A DNA stretch of 64,000 nucleotides from Octopus vulgaris (taxonomy: Eukaryota): positions 91,016,001 through 91,080,000 of the forward strand of contig OX597820.1 in assembly GCA_951406725.2 (NCBI GenBank). Direction: 5' to 3'. A program made the translations under genes and the position numbers. Positions 26,130-39,309 of this stretch are shown here, one piece after another; within the stretch, counting starts at the first letter, position 1, and every line of letters begins with the position of its first letter. The notes below the pieces were generated by a model, which did no database searches, was not told where the DNA came from, and saw nothing but the letters and a program-made list of their open reading frames with translations.

Positions 26130-26357
26130 ATCCTTAAATCCTTAAATCCTTAAAAATGTTTTAGCCCGAAGGCCGCGGCCATGCTGGGGCACCACCGCTG
26201 AATGAGCTACACTAGTTTGTGAATCCACCTCTGATACGTGGCACTTGATCAACAAGGAGTTCGATGCTGCTGCCCGCATCCGTGTCTCCTGTCGTGAGGT
26301 AGGTTCATCTGGGACTCCCAACAAGAAGAGATCCAGTTTAGTTTTAAAGAAACCCAC
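26130..26357 (-). mobile_element. CR1-type LINE 3' end
   Basis: [24 protein letters not shown] (CR1/L2-group ORF2 terminus), short 3'UTR with stem-loop, terminal 8-bp repeat (TTAAGGAT)x3 at 26130-26153. Confidence 0.85.
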
Positions 26358-26422
26358 ATGTATATGAATATATGTGCATAAATGTATGTGTATGTGTGTA
26401 TATATATTATATGTAAATATAA

Positions 26423-26547
<125 letters not shown>

Positions 26548-27193
26548 CGTAGGTAGGTAGAGATACTCTTTGGCTAAGAAATAATGTCATTGAGATTTTT
26601 ACCTCCGGACCGCCACACAGTTACTTATATTGTTAATGTATTTACTTTTGGTATTGGTTTCTTTAAAAACTTTAGATGGTTTCTAACAGAATATTACTCT
26701 TAAATAATAGTCAGGATGGTAAATAGTGACAATAACATTTTGTAGGCTTCTAAAATATTTGAAAAGGAGAAAGGAAGGTCTCTTCAAACTAGAGAATTTG
26801 TCTGACTGCTTGCAATTAGGCAGACTCCATTAAAAGCACACGAGATGCTATGCAAATAAATGCTTATAGTATTAAACCGAGCGATGGATTTGTCTACTTC
26901 CCCAGTCTGTCGAATAGCGTCGAAAGAAATACTGCAAAGTACCCGATTCCAAGTTCTCATAGTTCCATTGAGCCATCCTCCTGTATTGGCACTTTTATTA
27001 TTGCTCCATAAGAATAGAATGTGAAATTGATCCCGACAATATTTTGAATAACAAAACCCTAGAGCCAGGCGAAACACCACATTGTATTCTATTCGATGCT
27101 CTTACAAACCTATTAATTCACCGCCAAGTGCCAAGATCAATCATTTTGTTTTACCTTTAAGTCCTGCGTCTCTCAAAGTATACTGAGTTGTTG

Positions 27194-27698
27194 TTGTTGT
27201 TCTTCATCTTCCTCTTCTTCTTCCAATCAAAACTTACACCATTAGCCACAAAGAATAATCTCTAATTCGAGCCTACTCTAAGCTACTAAGAACGCGTGTG
27301 GTAACTTGAAGAACCACCAACCACACGCGATAGACTGGCGGTTGCACGGGCACAAAAGCTACGTTGTTATCCTCATTCTGTAAACGGTGGCTTTTAACGG
27401 GTGGAGACCTGAACCATCCTGGGGTACAGAGGATTCGCTAGACTAGGGTCTGAAAGTTTACCACACCATAGTGAATTACACCATGGTTCCTCTGCTTTGT
27501 GGCAGAAGTAGGACGAAAGAGTGAGAGAAAATTCTGGTGAAAGAGTACAGCGGAGTTCACCACTCCTCCCCGTCGGAGCTTCGTGGAGCTTAGGTGTTTT
27601 TGCTCAATAAACACTCACAATGCCCGGCTTGGGAATCGAAACCGCGTTCTTACGACCGCGAGCCCGCTGCCTTAACCACAGGGCCATTGCGCCTACAC
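27194..27698 (-). mobile_element. SINE family C, full length, tail type 1, with 12-bp TSD
   Basis: tRNA-like head (box A tggccctgtgg, box B ggtttcgattccc), (GAA/CAA)n tail, TSD actgagttgttg at 27182-27193 and 27699-27710. Confidence 0.88.
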
Positions 27699-28021
27699 AC
27701 TGAGTTGTTGCTGCTATTACCGCCGCTGGTGATGCTACTGCTAGTGTTACTACTGTTGCTGCTATTGTTGCTACTGCTGTTGTTGTTATGTTCTTTATCT
27801 ACTTCTGCTTTGTTCAGAGCTGTCAACTATTGGATTATGTTGGAGCCTCTCTTATTATTGTTTCAGCCTGGCCCTCTGCAGACACATTTTCAACCTCTTC
27901 TTCAAATTCATTTCTATTGTTTCTTCTTTAGTCTAATAAAGCAGTCGCTGTTTTAACTTCTTTCCCTCAAATAGACATATTTCTGTCTATATATTTGTTA
28001 TTCGTTTTGATTCTTTAACTA

Positions 28022-28227
28022 GTGGAGGCGGGTGGCTTAGTGGTTAGGGTGTCCGCGTTGTGTTCTTGAACAAAACACTTCATTTCACGTTGCTCCAGTC
28101 CACCCAGCTGGCAAAAATGAGTAACGCTGCGATGGACTGGCGTCCCGTCCAGCTAGGGAACACATACGCCATAGAGACCGGAAAACCGGGCCCATGAGCC
28201 TGGCTAGGCTTTAAAAGGGCGCATTTA
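28022..28227 (+). mobile_element. SINE with C-related head, different body and tail type 2; 16-bp TSD
   Basis: Head gtggaggcgggtggcttagtggttaggg; tail gtaacgctgcgatggactggcgtcccgtccagct..aaaagggcgca; TSD ttttgattct(t/g)taact at 28005-28020 and 28228-28243. Confidence 0.85.
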
Positions 28228-28243
28228 TTTTGATTCTGTAACT

Positions 28244-28800
28244 GCTTTGTTTCAGCCATTGTAGTGCGGCCATGCTTGAGCATAGTCTTGTAGAGTTAGT
28301 AGAACGAATTCACCAATTTATATTTTGAATCTAGCATTTCTGCTATCGGCAGCTCTGCTGAACTATACTACGGAGAATGCGTGTGTGTGTATCTGGGGGA
28401 GGGAGGTAATCAAGCCAACCCCGATTGTCAAGACAAACAGAAATGTACACTCGCACGTGCACGCGCGCACATACTCACACGCGCACACACACACAAACAA
28501 ACGCACAATGCATGTAGGCGTAGGAGTGGCTGCGTGCTAAGTAGCTTGCTCCAGCATGGCCACAGTCAAATGACTGGAACAAGTAAAAGAGAAAAAAAAG
28601 CATACAAACAAACAAGTATGTATAAAGGCATACAAACATACATATATACATATAAACACACACACACGATGAGCTTATACACTATTTCTCTCTACTAAAT
28701 CCACTAATACAGTATTGGTTGGCCTGGGGCAAATTGTAAAAGACACTTGCCTGAAGTATCGCTCGGTGAGACTGAAGCCGAAACCACGTGGTTGTAAACC
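28244..28800 (-). mobile_element. Old SINE family A copy with nested insertions
   Basis: Tail (gtttcagccattgtagtgcggccatgc) and head (agacacttgcc..ccacgtggtt) in reverse orientation. Confidence 0.65.
28517..28590 (+). mobile_element. Mini SINE A (head fused directly to tail)
   Basis: ggcgtaggagtggctgcgtgctaagtagct-TGCT-ccagcatggccacagtcaaatgactggaacaagtaaaaga. Confidence 0.8.
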
Positions 28801-29254
28801 ATGCTAGCTTTGTTCATGCTTTGTATCTAATTCTATTATTTCTCTTCAGTTTAACTAGAAATTTTTGTAGCTTTGCATTAGTTATTTATATAAGAATTTG
28901 ATAGCTGCAAATGATCTCTCTTTCCATGGTGAAAAAATATAATCTTCCTCTGCCGAACTGTGGGGGGTGTATTCTAAATGCGCTCGTTAAATATTTTTGT
29001 ATTCTGTCTATAATCTCAATGTATTTGTTGCTGTATTTGTAATTTCAATACAGAAGCGTTGCAATATCTGTAAAAATATATATGTTAGTCTAAAATCTCT
29101 CCCGGATATCTGAGTCACATCCGTTGTTACAATGGAAATGTGTTTCGGAAATTACAAATTATTCTATATTTCTGTATAGAGCTAAAATTATGTACAGCAT
29201 CTTTCACCCACATAGACAACAGTGAAACAACAGTGGCATTCGGCGGTAACACAT

Positions 29255-29368
29255 AATTATGATTATTATGATGCCAACATTTAAAATAACGACCATGATG
29301 GTCATGATGATGATGATGATAATCATCATCGGCACCACCACCACCATCACCATCAGCAGCAGCATGAA

Positions 29369-29401
<33 letters not shown>

Positions 29402-29830
29402 TGTCGTAGTCATCATCATTGTCATTATTATCATCGCCATCATCAATGACGGAATCTTTAAAGTTTGCTTTCCATTGCACATTGTAAACTTAATGGGAAG
29501 CCGATGAGAAGATGGTGATGAGCAAGTGGTAGAAGAAGAGGAGAAGGGGGGAATGGAGTTGAAGGCATTATTATCTACTCAGTCGTTTACCATATTTGTT
29601 ATAGCCATCAGAAAGTGTTTACTAAGAACACTATCCATGTACCAATCATTAATAATATTCACCATAATCATCATCATGTCCAGCATTTTTATTGGTAATA
29701 CATAAGAATCAAAATCATCATCATCATCATCATCACCATAATCATCATCAGCATCGTCATTATCATCATCATCGTCACCATCACCAGAAACAGCAGCAAT
29801 CATGCGTCCACTGTCATTACCAATTCCATT
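29255..29830. repeat. Compound (GAT/CAT/CAC)n trinucleotide fields
   Basis: Direct reading; source of poly-D/H/M/I pseudo-ORFs. Confidence 0.92.
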
Positions 29831-30523
29831 CAACTATTATTGTCAATTCTCTTTATTTAGCAATTTATCTGTTTTACCAAAAACAATATGCCGTTAGCTG
29901 TAGTCTAGTATATTGAATTGGGAATGGTAAATAATAATTTCCCCCAAAGGCTGAAGGCAAGTTTGGAAAGTAAAGAATATTGCTTTAAATAAACGGAGCA
30001 AGCTTTGTACATTAGTTGGCATTATGCGTTGTAAATTCCAGTTGAATTTTTCTATTAATCTAGATCAGTGTCTGCGTAGATAATGATCCGAGATTAACTT
30101 GCCTATGTACACACTGAAGGTCCCTTTCTACTTCCCCTTTTCTTTTACCTCTGTAATTTCAAATTCATTTTGAGTCTAGTTGTTGTTGTTACCTCTTAAT
30201 TTCAAACAGTATATCTATAACTACATTATTCAGTTTTAAGACAGCTTCGTTTGATTTAATGTTGATTTGACAAATCTCGATAACATGTCCAGGCTTAACC
30301 GTTGGTGTAATTCCGATCGAAAGGATAGATTAAACTGAGTCAGGTTCTTAGTAGTTCCAATTACGGTCCTGGTCCTTCAGAAGATTTAAATTCAGCATTA
30401 TCTTGATGAAGAATTCAACATCGTCAGCAAACCTAAAACCTCACACAGCATTTACGCAATGCTCTTACTTGCAAAACTCCACAGCTTAACACTGTATAAC
30501 ACGAACTTGTCCATGTGTAGCAA

Positions 30524-30896
30524 TAGTTGTTTCGTATTTGCTTGTCCTTAGAAAGTATGAGAAAAGACTGATATTCCTTTCAAACATCCCTCTCAACAAA
30601 ACTCTCACATGTTCCCTCACTACTCCTGCTCATGATCACAGACGCACTTATTGTCAGCTACTAAGGGACAGGTTCAAGTGATTACGGTCAAGCAACTGAC
30701 TACCAATCGGTGGCATTGAGCAGAATATTTGTTCTAATGATATTTCTGCTTCAGCAACTCAGTACTGAATCTGTCTAAAATGTAGTGGAAATAGGTCATC
30801 TTCAAAACATTGATGTCCAGGTTACAAAAGCAAAGTTTGAAGGGGAATGTAGTAATTTCCTTTGATTTCTAGATAGAAGCAAATAGAAAATAACTT
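30524..30896. mobile_element. MITE with long imperfect TIRs, copy 1
   Basis: Ends gttgtttcgtatttgct and agcaaatagaaaataac; internally similar to 55473-55858. Confidence 0.7.
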
Positions 30897-32064
30897 ACTA
30901 AACAAAGACACCAAAACATAAATACACATAATCTCAGCAGAATTCAGTTGTAGTTGTTTTTTGCCCTCGACCAACTCAATGATCAAAAGCATTCAAGCCA
31001 TAACATTCCGTATGTTTGTACATCAAAGTTAAAAATTCTCCAGCGGTTCCTTCTTCTTTTTTTACGACATAAGGTTGCAATTTGGGTGAGATTTTTTGGC
31101 TAGTAGCTCCTGTTTGTTGAAGCTTCATCATTAGTTTAAGTAGAAATAAGTAATTGACTGTGCTATAAGGCGAACCGACGACACATCTGTCAAAAGAGTA
31201 ACAATGTATCACTCCAGTTAAAATGAAATCACGGTTTCATTACAATTTCAAGAAAATAGAAGGGCCGTATATCTTGTAGAGTGACAATGAAATATCACAT
31301 ATGCTCACAGGAGATAATTGACTCAGCTATATAAATCAGATTGCTATGCATGCTGAGTGTCCATATGCAGTCTTTGTGTATGAACAAAGATTACATCCTG
31401 TATATATAGAGAGAGATAATAAAGAGGCAAGTGGGTGAGAGAGAGAGATGTTAATAGTCGGTATATATGCAATATGCCATATATGAAAAGAAAAAGAGAG
31501 CTCGGAGAGCAGAACAAATGAAATGTGTGTGTATGTATGTACGTATATATATGCACGTATATATATATATGTACGTATGTATGTATCTGTGTGTGTGTGT
31601 GTGTTTGTGCGTGTTTGTGTGTGTGTGTAGATAGTGTAAATGTACACGTACAATGTTCGGGAAATCATGAGAGATACTCAAATACGACTCTACGATGCTT
31701 TCAGTACAAGTGGATTATCGTGAGGTTGTAGCTAGATCAACAATATCCTACTTGGCTGATATTGAACTTAAGATGGATAAAAAAATGCAGTGATTCGCGA
31801 ACTGGTGAAAGAAGAAACATTTCATACATAGTATAGAGTGTAATTATATCTAAGACATGTGAGAGGAAGACCAATGCTCAAAGCAAAGTGCAAACTCTCA
31901 GTAAGTAGTAAATCCAATAGTTTCTGCATGGTTTGAGTGATTACAACTGCACCCAGCTTGGTATGATGGCTGCATAAATAACAGAGGAAGGTAGCGTACT
32001 GCATTGTGGATCATAGGAAATAAGTTACTAACTGTACTAAGTGATAATATAAGAGGGAGCACAA

Positions 32065-32480
32065 GGTTACGAGCTAGCAGAGACGTTAAGGACGCTGGCC
32101 GAAATGCTTAGCGACATTTCGTCTGTTTTTACGTTCTGAGTTCAAATTCCACCGAGGTCGACTTTGTCTTTCGTCTTTTCGGGGTCGATGGAATGAATAT
32201 CGTTGAGTAATGGGCTCCATATAATAACTTATTCCCTTCCCTGAACTTGCTGGCCTTGAGCCAAAATTTGAAATCAATATTAGAAGGAGCACAAGAGCGG
32301 CGAGATGGAGCTGGTATTTCGTCCGTCTTTACGTTTGAAGTTCAAATTCCACCAGCGTTGACATCGTCTTTCATCTTTTCGAAAATCGATAGAATAAGTA
32401 CTTTTGAGCCCCGGGACAATGTAATTGCCTTACTCCTTCCCCGAAATTGCTGGCCTTGTGCCAAAATGTGAAGCCAATAT
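32065..32480 (+). mobile_element. Two tandem SINE family B copies
   Basis: cgagctagcagagacgtt..ttctgagttcaaattccaccgaggtcgactttg; second copy 5'-truncated. Confidence 0.8.
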
Positions 32481-33049
32481 TAGAAAGAGCAGAGAATATT
32501 TTAATTACCGGGCGAAAGTTGATAGAGAAAGTACCACACATTGCAAACTGTGTGTAACCAACTGTATGAAACTCTGTATTGGTCTAAACGATCTCTTAGT
32601 CAGAACAGTGATATGTATTAGATATATATGTTATACGCTAGTACAGAACAGCTATTCGTCTCTCACAAGCGAACATAGCTGAGTGAAACGTATTATGTTT
32701 CCTATAACAGTTTTAAGTACCTATATTATCGAGAGCTCTTTCTCAGATCCTTCACTCTATAGAGAGCATAACATCTAGAAATGATCAACTGGATGAGAGT
32801 GGTCTGCCCCAGGACCTGGCTGGCACTCATTACAGCCGTTGCATATTGATGCAATGTGAAATGAACTGCTTAGTCAAGGACACAAGACCCAGTCTAGCAA
32901 GCGAACTCATGATCATGATCTAAGCACACAGTTATACGTACTTTCCCTTATATTGATAATTATACTAATTTATGTATGGTTTGAAGATTTAAGTAAAGAT
33001 GATCACACCACATCCATGAAACAACCAATGCGGTATTGGTTGCTTAATG

Positions 33050-33327
33050 GACTCCGGAACAGGGGGTGCAGTGGGTGCAAGTGCACCTCCTAAAACTTTT
33101 ACACAGTGCGAAGTCAAAATTTGCACCCCTACTTATATTTTTCAGGTTTAGAAAACAGTGCATAAAAAGTGAGCAGTAAAAAGAAACTTGAGGTTAGGTT
33201 TGTTCTCATAAAACAAAGAACAAAAATAAATATAAAAATAACAAACAACAATAATTCCTTGTTTGTAAAAATTTTGAACCTGGCTTTGCACATCCTAAGC
33301 AAATTTCACCCTCGAACCAGCACCAGT
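33050..33327. mobile_element. Probable degenerate DNA-transposon MITE
   Basis: GC-rich gggggtgcagtgggtgcaagtgcacctcc start and recurring ttgcaccc subterminal motifs. Confidence 0.35.
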
Positions 33328-33374
33328 ATCTAATACACATATGAGCCTATGGTTTGCGTAAATAATAATGGTAT

Positions 33375-33500
33375 CGAATTTTGGCACAAGGCCAGCAGTC
33401 TCGGGGGAGGAGATGAGGCGATGAATACACTGATTCTAGTACTCAACTTGTACTTATTTTGTAAATAATAATAACAACAACAGCAATAATAATAATAATG

Positions 33501-33559
<59 letters not shown>

Positions 33560-34378
33560 ATAATAATCACGAGTAGAAGTAGTGGGGGAGCATCATAACC
33601 ATGTGTTGAGAGGGATTCTTTGGAGTTTGAATAATTCACCTCTGGAAATATGAGTGTTTCGTTCAACATCCTTAAACAACCCTTATTCAGGGACCTTTTG
33701 AGCTTGATGGGATACTTGAGCAGAAGTAAATTCGAACTGGGCCCCACATGCAAGGTCATGTGCTGTTTATCTTGATATGAGATCACCATGTTGCGCACAT
33801 ATGGTTGTGATGCATGTGCCAAGTGTATCCTTATCAGATGCGTAGTCATGATGGGTGTACTGGGCTTCGTATATTTTACACCAGTGTCTCGTTACTCTGC
33901 TCACTCTATAATAATGATATTTCTACCAGGACAGCAATTTTGGGAGAAGAGAGCTATGCAATTTACACCGAACCCTGTGTTCAACAGGTACTTATTTTAT
34001 CGACCGCGAAAGGATGAAAGGCAAAAATTCGACCTCGGTGGAATTTGAACTCAGAACGTAGCGACTGGCAAAATACCGCTAAGCATGTCGTCCAGCATTC
34101 TAACGATTCTACTAGCTCACTGCCTTAGTAATAATAATAATAAGAAGAAGAAGAAGAATCCTTTCTAATACAGGCACTAGGCCTGAAATTTTGCCGGAGA
34201 GGGCTAGCCAGTTGTAGTTACATCGACCCTAGTGCTCAACTGGTGCTTATCTTACCAACCCCGAAAGCATAAAAGACAAATCAACCTCGGTAATATTTGA
34301 ATTCAGAGCATAATGAGTCGGAAGAAATACTAAGTACTTTGTCCGACGTACTTACGATTCAGCTAGTTCTCTGCCTTA
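33375..34378 (-). mobile_element. Three SINE family B copies in reverse orientation, interspersed with (AAT)n
   Basis: Copies near 33375-33460, 33920-34126 and 34160-34378, e.g. aaaggatgaaaggcaaa..cgacctcggtggaatttgaactcagaacgta. Confidence 0.8.
33570..33917 (+). mobile_element. Non-coding retroelement-like segment embedded in (AAT)n
   Basis: GC-richer block bounded by (AAT)n upstream and ataataat downstream, the same context as the Dong-like copies; no coding similarity recognised. Confidence 0.4.
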
Positions 34379-34495
34379 ACAACAACAAAAACAAGAAAAA
34401 TGATAAATCTATTGTAAATTCACAAATCCGAAATAAAAAGTTATGCAACCGAAATAATGCATTAAATATTAAAATTTAAAAATACAAATATATTT

Positions 34496-34531
34496 TATTT
34501 CATTCACAGCAAAATTGCTGTGAATGAAATA
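34496..34531. repeat. Perfect 17-bp inverted repeat with 2-nt spacer
   Basis: tatttcattcacagcaa-aa-ttgctgtgaatgaaata. Confidence 0.95.
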
Positions 34532-35384
34532 TATCCTGAAAATGACAAATACATTTCAATTAGTAACGGAGAAATAAAAGTAAACGGTATGTTGAGTAAT
34601 GCCGTTTTCACTTGGCAGAAAAACAAAATATGAATATCATAGAGTTACTGTTTGACGGTTGATTGACCATTTGATTAAATATATATTTGATAAAAATAAA
34701 AAAGCTGCAGGAAAGACTGAAATTTCTTCCTCTCTTTCTCTCTCGCTCTCTCTTCTTTTCTCTAGCAATCAACCTAACCCACTCTCTCATGAGGCTTAAC
34801 TTCTTTGACAATCCACATCTTTGCGTATTATGAAGATTATTTTCCTTCCCATTAGCAGACAGTAGTACATTAGTCAATATTCTCCAATCCATAATTGAAG
34901 ATTGTCACCATTCTTTACAATATTGTTATAAAGCAATTGTTTCTCAACATACATTCTCTCAATCTTTCTCTTTCTTCTCTTTCTTTATTTCTCTCCCTCC
35001 CTGCTTCTCTCACTCTCTCTCGTATACAAAAAGGAATTGGCTGTCTGACGTACGAATGCTATTTTCGTATTGTTTATTGTTTACAATCTATGTCTTCTTT
35101 GAACTGGTTTTATTAGTTGTGCTAGTCTGTGTACAGGCGCCATTGTTGGCGGTGCTAGTGAGGGTGTTATCCTTTGTGTTTGTACAATGAATCGTTGGTG
35201 AATGGTCGGCAACTCTAGAGATTCTGTAACATTTTGAGTGAAAGAATTCTCTTGTTTTATAAAATCTTTCGAGAGATGATAAACACAGGTTCGCTAGCCA
35301 ACAGTTTGAGCTCGAAAGAGTTGATAAAATGAAGGTGTCTATAATAATAATTTACCTGGATGGTATAGATTTTCATTTTTAGCT

Positions 35385-35775
35385 GCATGCTTAAGAAGTT
35401 AGCTTCAAAACCATACAGTTTCGGATTTGGGTTCCGTGCTTGGCACCTTCACCAAGAATATTCTACTATAGTCTCAAGCAGACGAAGACCTTTGCTAGTG
35501 AGTTTTACTGAAGGAAACTCTGCGGAAGTTTGACGTTTATCTATAGGTGTGCCTGTGTGTGTATGTGTATGGGTATTTGTGGTGATCTCTCACCGCTTGA
35601 CAACAAATGCTAGCTTGTTTACGTCCACGTAACTTAGAGGCTTGGCATAAGGCGAATGATAAAATAACCACCAGACTTGAAATGAAACGAAGGTCGATTA
35701 GATCGACTAAACTCTTCGAGGCTGTTCCTCGGTATGACCATAGTTAAATCAAGGAAACAAGTAAAAGAATGAAAG
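35385..35775 (+). mobile_element. Diverged SINE family A
   Basis: ggcaccttc..ttctactatag..cgcttgacaac..tttacgtccacgtaacttag..gaaacaagtaaaagaat. Confidence 0.7.
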
Positions 35776-37184
35776 AGAAGGAAACAGACAATCGATTCTG
35801 TTAATGTCATCGCTGCTTTATCAGTTCAACCATCCAGGAGCGGAAATAAAAATAAAAGAGAATCAGAGAAGAAATTTCACTGAGAATCATAATAAAAGAC
35901 CAGAGATGATACTGTAAAAACTTGTGTTTCAACCGCTGCGAATTGCACCAAGACACCAATATTTTGCATCTTACTTATCTCGAAAAGCAAAATAGCATAC
36001 CATAATCATTGCAAAAGAGTAGATTCATTCCTAATCAACTTATATAATAGACATGATAAAACTTGCAGCCTGATATCGGTAATTTTGAAATATTTTATTG
36101 GTTCAAGAAAATATTCAACTTCGTCTATAAATGGTATCTTATCAGCTTCTATTATTGGTGCTACAGTTCTGTACTAACAGGAGTTCAACTATAGACCTCA
36201 AAGTATTGAGCATTCAATTCACAGAATATTTTCTCCAATAAGCACTCTGTGTTGTTCATCAATATCAGGAATTTGGTTCGTAAAATACATTTTCTTCTTC
36301 TGATTCAAAGATTATTAATCTGCAGTATCTTTTAGCCTCCTTTCCACCACCTTTACTTCATCAATTAACAGCTATTCAGATATCTATGTAGAAAGGTATA
36401 CTTACTTCTTTCTGACTTTCTGATATATGGTGTTGTAGCAGGAGAATCATATTGTATTATGAATACGTAGCCATATTAGCATAAACATATATACATATAA
36501 ATACATACATACACACCCACACATACAATCGTGTATATATATATATATACACCCACACATACAATCGTGTATATATATATATATACACACACATACATAA
36601 ATGGGTGCGAGAGCTTATCTTTATATATGGGAATGTATGTATTGAGGTATTCATAGAGTTGTAACACACACACACATGTATATAATAGTTTTATATCTCT
36701 CTCGGTATGGATACATACACAGACGTACACGTCACTTCACCTGTATCAGATGCCATCGCTGTAGCAGATCAAGTGCAGGCCTTGTAGAGGTGATTTCTGA
36801 ACAGAACAGTGAATGTCTTCGAACGGCTGACAGACGACGTCGACCGCACACACACACATTTTGTCTATAATGAACAAGAGGAAATTGTGTAATTGCAAAT
36901 TACTCGGCTTAAGCCGTGTGTTGTTACTTAAATGTCATTTCAAAGAAAGAAAACATCATGTTGCTGTTTTAAATGATTATATAAAATGGAAGCTTAATTC
37001 ATCGTCCACGGCTTCAGTTAAAGGTATGCGCGCACTCACACACACACACACACACATAAGCATATAATAGAAATATAGAAATATATAGACACACGCATGT
37101 ATATAAGCGCGTTTGGAAACTAAGTGAATCGTTTACTTCTTCCCTCCTCTTCCTTCTCCTACTACTACTACAATAGTACGTGGT

Positions 37185-37500
37185 GGTGATTAGCCAGTAT
37201 CTGTTCAGTGGAATTTGTTAGACAGAAACTGCATAGATGCCCGTCGTGTGTATATTTGTGTGTGTCTGTCTGTGTGTGTGTGTGTGTGTTGTTTGTGGTT
37301 TTACGGACTAAAATTGGTGTAGTCTATGTTAATCTATTTCTACATCCCTTCACTTAGTGGTCCGACAAATATTTCTCGATAAAATAAGTAATAGGCCCGA
37401 ACAAGTTCTATATAAGTTAATATAGTTGTTTTAAGCTTTTATTATGCAATGCCTAAGCATGGCCTCAGTCCAATGAATGAAACCAGTAAATGAACAATAG
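37185..37500 (+). mobile_element. Highly diverged SINE family A
   Basis: agtggaatttgttagacagaaactg..cccgtcg..agcatggcctcagtccaatgaatgaaac. Confidence 0.6.
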
Positions 37501-39309
37501 AACAAATACTTTTCTTTTATCAGACTATGAATTGAAAGAAATATATTTGATTGATTCACAATAGCATATTTAACTTGTGTGTTTCAATCTAGTTTTAATT
37601 CGTGTGTCTGTACTTACACGTGTCTGTTTACATGAGCGTATGCAATTTCTTCATTTTCCTGTTAGTTTAGAAAGGAATGCAGATATTTCAATTAAATGTC
37701 ATTCGTTGTTGATCAACGTTCTGAATAATCCGGTAGAATATTAAATTATTTATTATTTTTGGACTTCTATTTACAGTAAATCTGACTATTACAGCTGACG
37801 CCTTTTTATCCACTTAGCTAGCATAGCTTGACCCTGTTGTAATAGTTTGCAACTGGCTTTTAAACGATCGCTTACTATGCAAAGTAGGGTGCTGAAACAA
37901 TGCCAATATTACTCATTGTTCATTCACCTTTATTGTCGAAGCTGGACATAATTCTTCTGATGACAAAGAAGTAGAAGAGCTATAAGCGGTGAATATCAAT
38001 CTTGGGTGTAAGATATTAGAGAAACATGGTAAAATATTCAATAAATCCAATATGGGATTTTCTTTTCAATCGATTATATTAATAGGTTCTCAGATATGAA
38101 CTTTTAAACTACATATGGCCGTACATCTATTGAATGTCTTCAGTTTAACATTAGAAACACTTCTGTCATAATTTTGGCTTCTAAAACAAAATATATTATG
38201 TTCTCACCATAATAATTTGATAAGCTTTCAGCATTAAGGAGAATACATTCGATGCGGCATTTGCAAAGGTCGCCTTCTGGTATTTTCTTTTCTAATGAAT
38301 AAAAACCATTCAAAAGGTAACCTAATAGCTGACCTGAAAGAATGGTTTAACGACAATCCATAGAGATATGAAAGGAATTATAACAACAGATGTATCTGAA
38401 ACCACAAACTAATATATAATTCTTTTTTTTTTTTTTTTTTTAGCCAAGTGCAATTTTGGGGATTTGTTTTTATTAATTAGTCAGAAATGAAAGGTGGGGA
38501 AACCACTATTACATTTTTTTTATATTTTAGATCACGCCCAGACAGGTGGAAAGATGTTTTTAATTGAAACATTTTTGGGTCGGCATCTGCTGGAAACACG
38601 TGAATGAATATGTATTGATAATGGGCTACAAAATATAGGAAGAAGAATACAAAAAAAAATGAATAGATGACCGACGGAATGAAGTAGAGAATATGAGAGG
38701 AGGAAAGATAACTACATCAAGCAGAGAAATAATATAATTGCAAGAATAATTGACACACACACGCGCGCACACACACATTCATATGTATGCATACATGCGT
38801 GTGCTTGTGTGTATATCTGTATATAAGGCTTTTCTTTACTTTCTCCAACGATGAAGCGAATAAATTTTAATTCATTGACAATATTTTAGAAATATCATTG
38901 AATCGCTTCACTAATTTTCACCATTATCTAAATTCATATCCTTTTCCACTTGAATTATTTCGTCAAACCGTCCCCATCAAAGTCCCTTTTTTTAGTATGC
39001 AAATTATAACTCGTTAAAATTGTTCGTGACTTTTACCATTTCCGAAAATTTGCCAAGGTACTGAGTGGGCTCGAAATGATTAGGCTTTTCTGCTGAAGTT
39101 TAGTAAAATTATATTATGTGCCCGTAACTGCTACCTTGTTCGCTAACGAAGATCAGGTTTATCTCCCTAAACAAGAACTTTAAGTTCTCTGCGAAATTCT
39201 TAAATTCTTGCACAGGTACTGCTTATTTGTATGTCTGTTTATTCATAGATACACAGATATACATACATTCATGTATATGCATATGCTTATATATATATAT
39301 ATATATATA

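Noticed and set aside
29127-29916. Poly-D/H/M ORFs resembling acidic or His-rich proteins
   Set aside because: (GAT/CAT)n repeats open in several frames on both strands, with no flanking domain
30345-30435. Minus-strand RFADDVEFF resembling an RT catalytic motif or SLC6 segment
   Set aside because: No surrounding RT or transporter similarity; stops nearby
36512-36590. Short tandem duplications (here, 44782-44855 and 54285-54316)
   Set aside because: Ordinary slippage products, mostly in or near microsatellites
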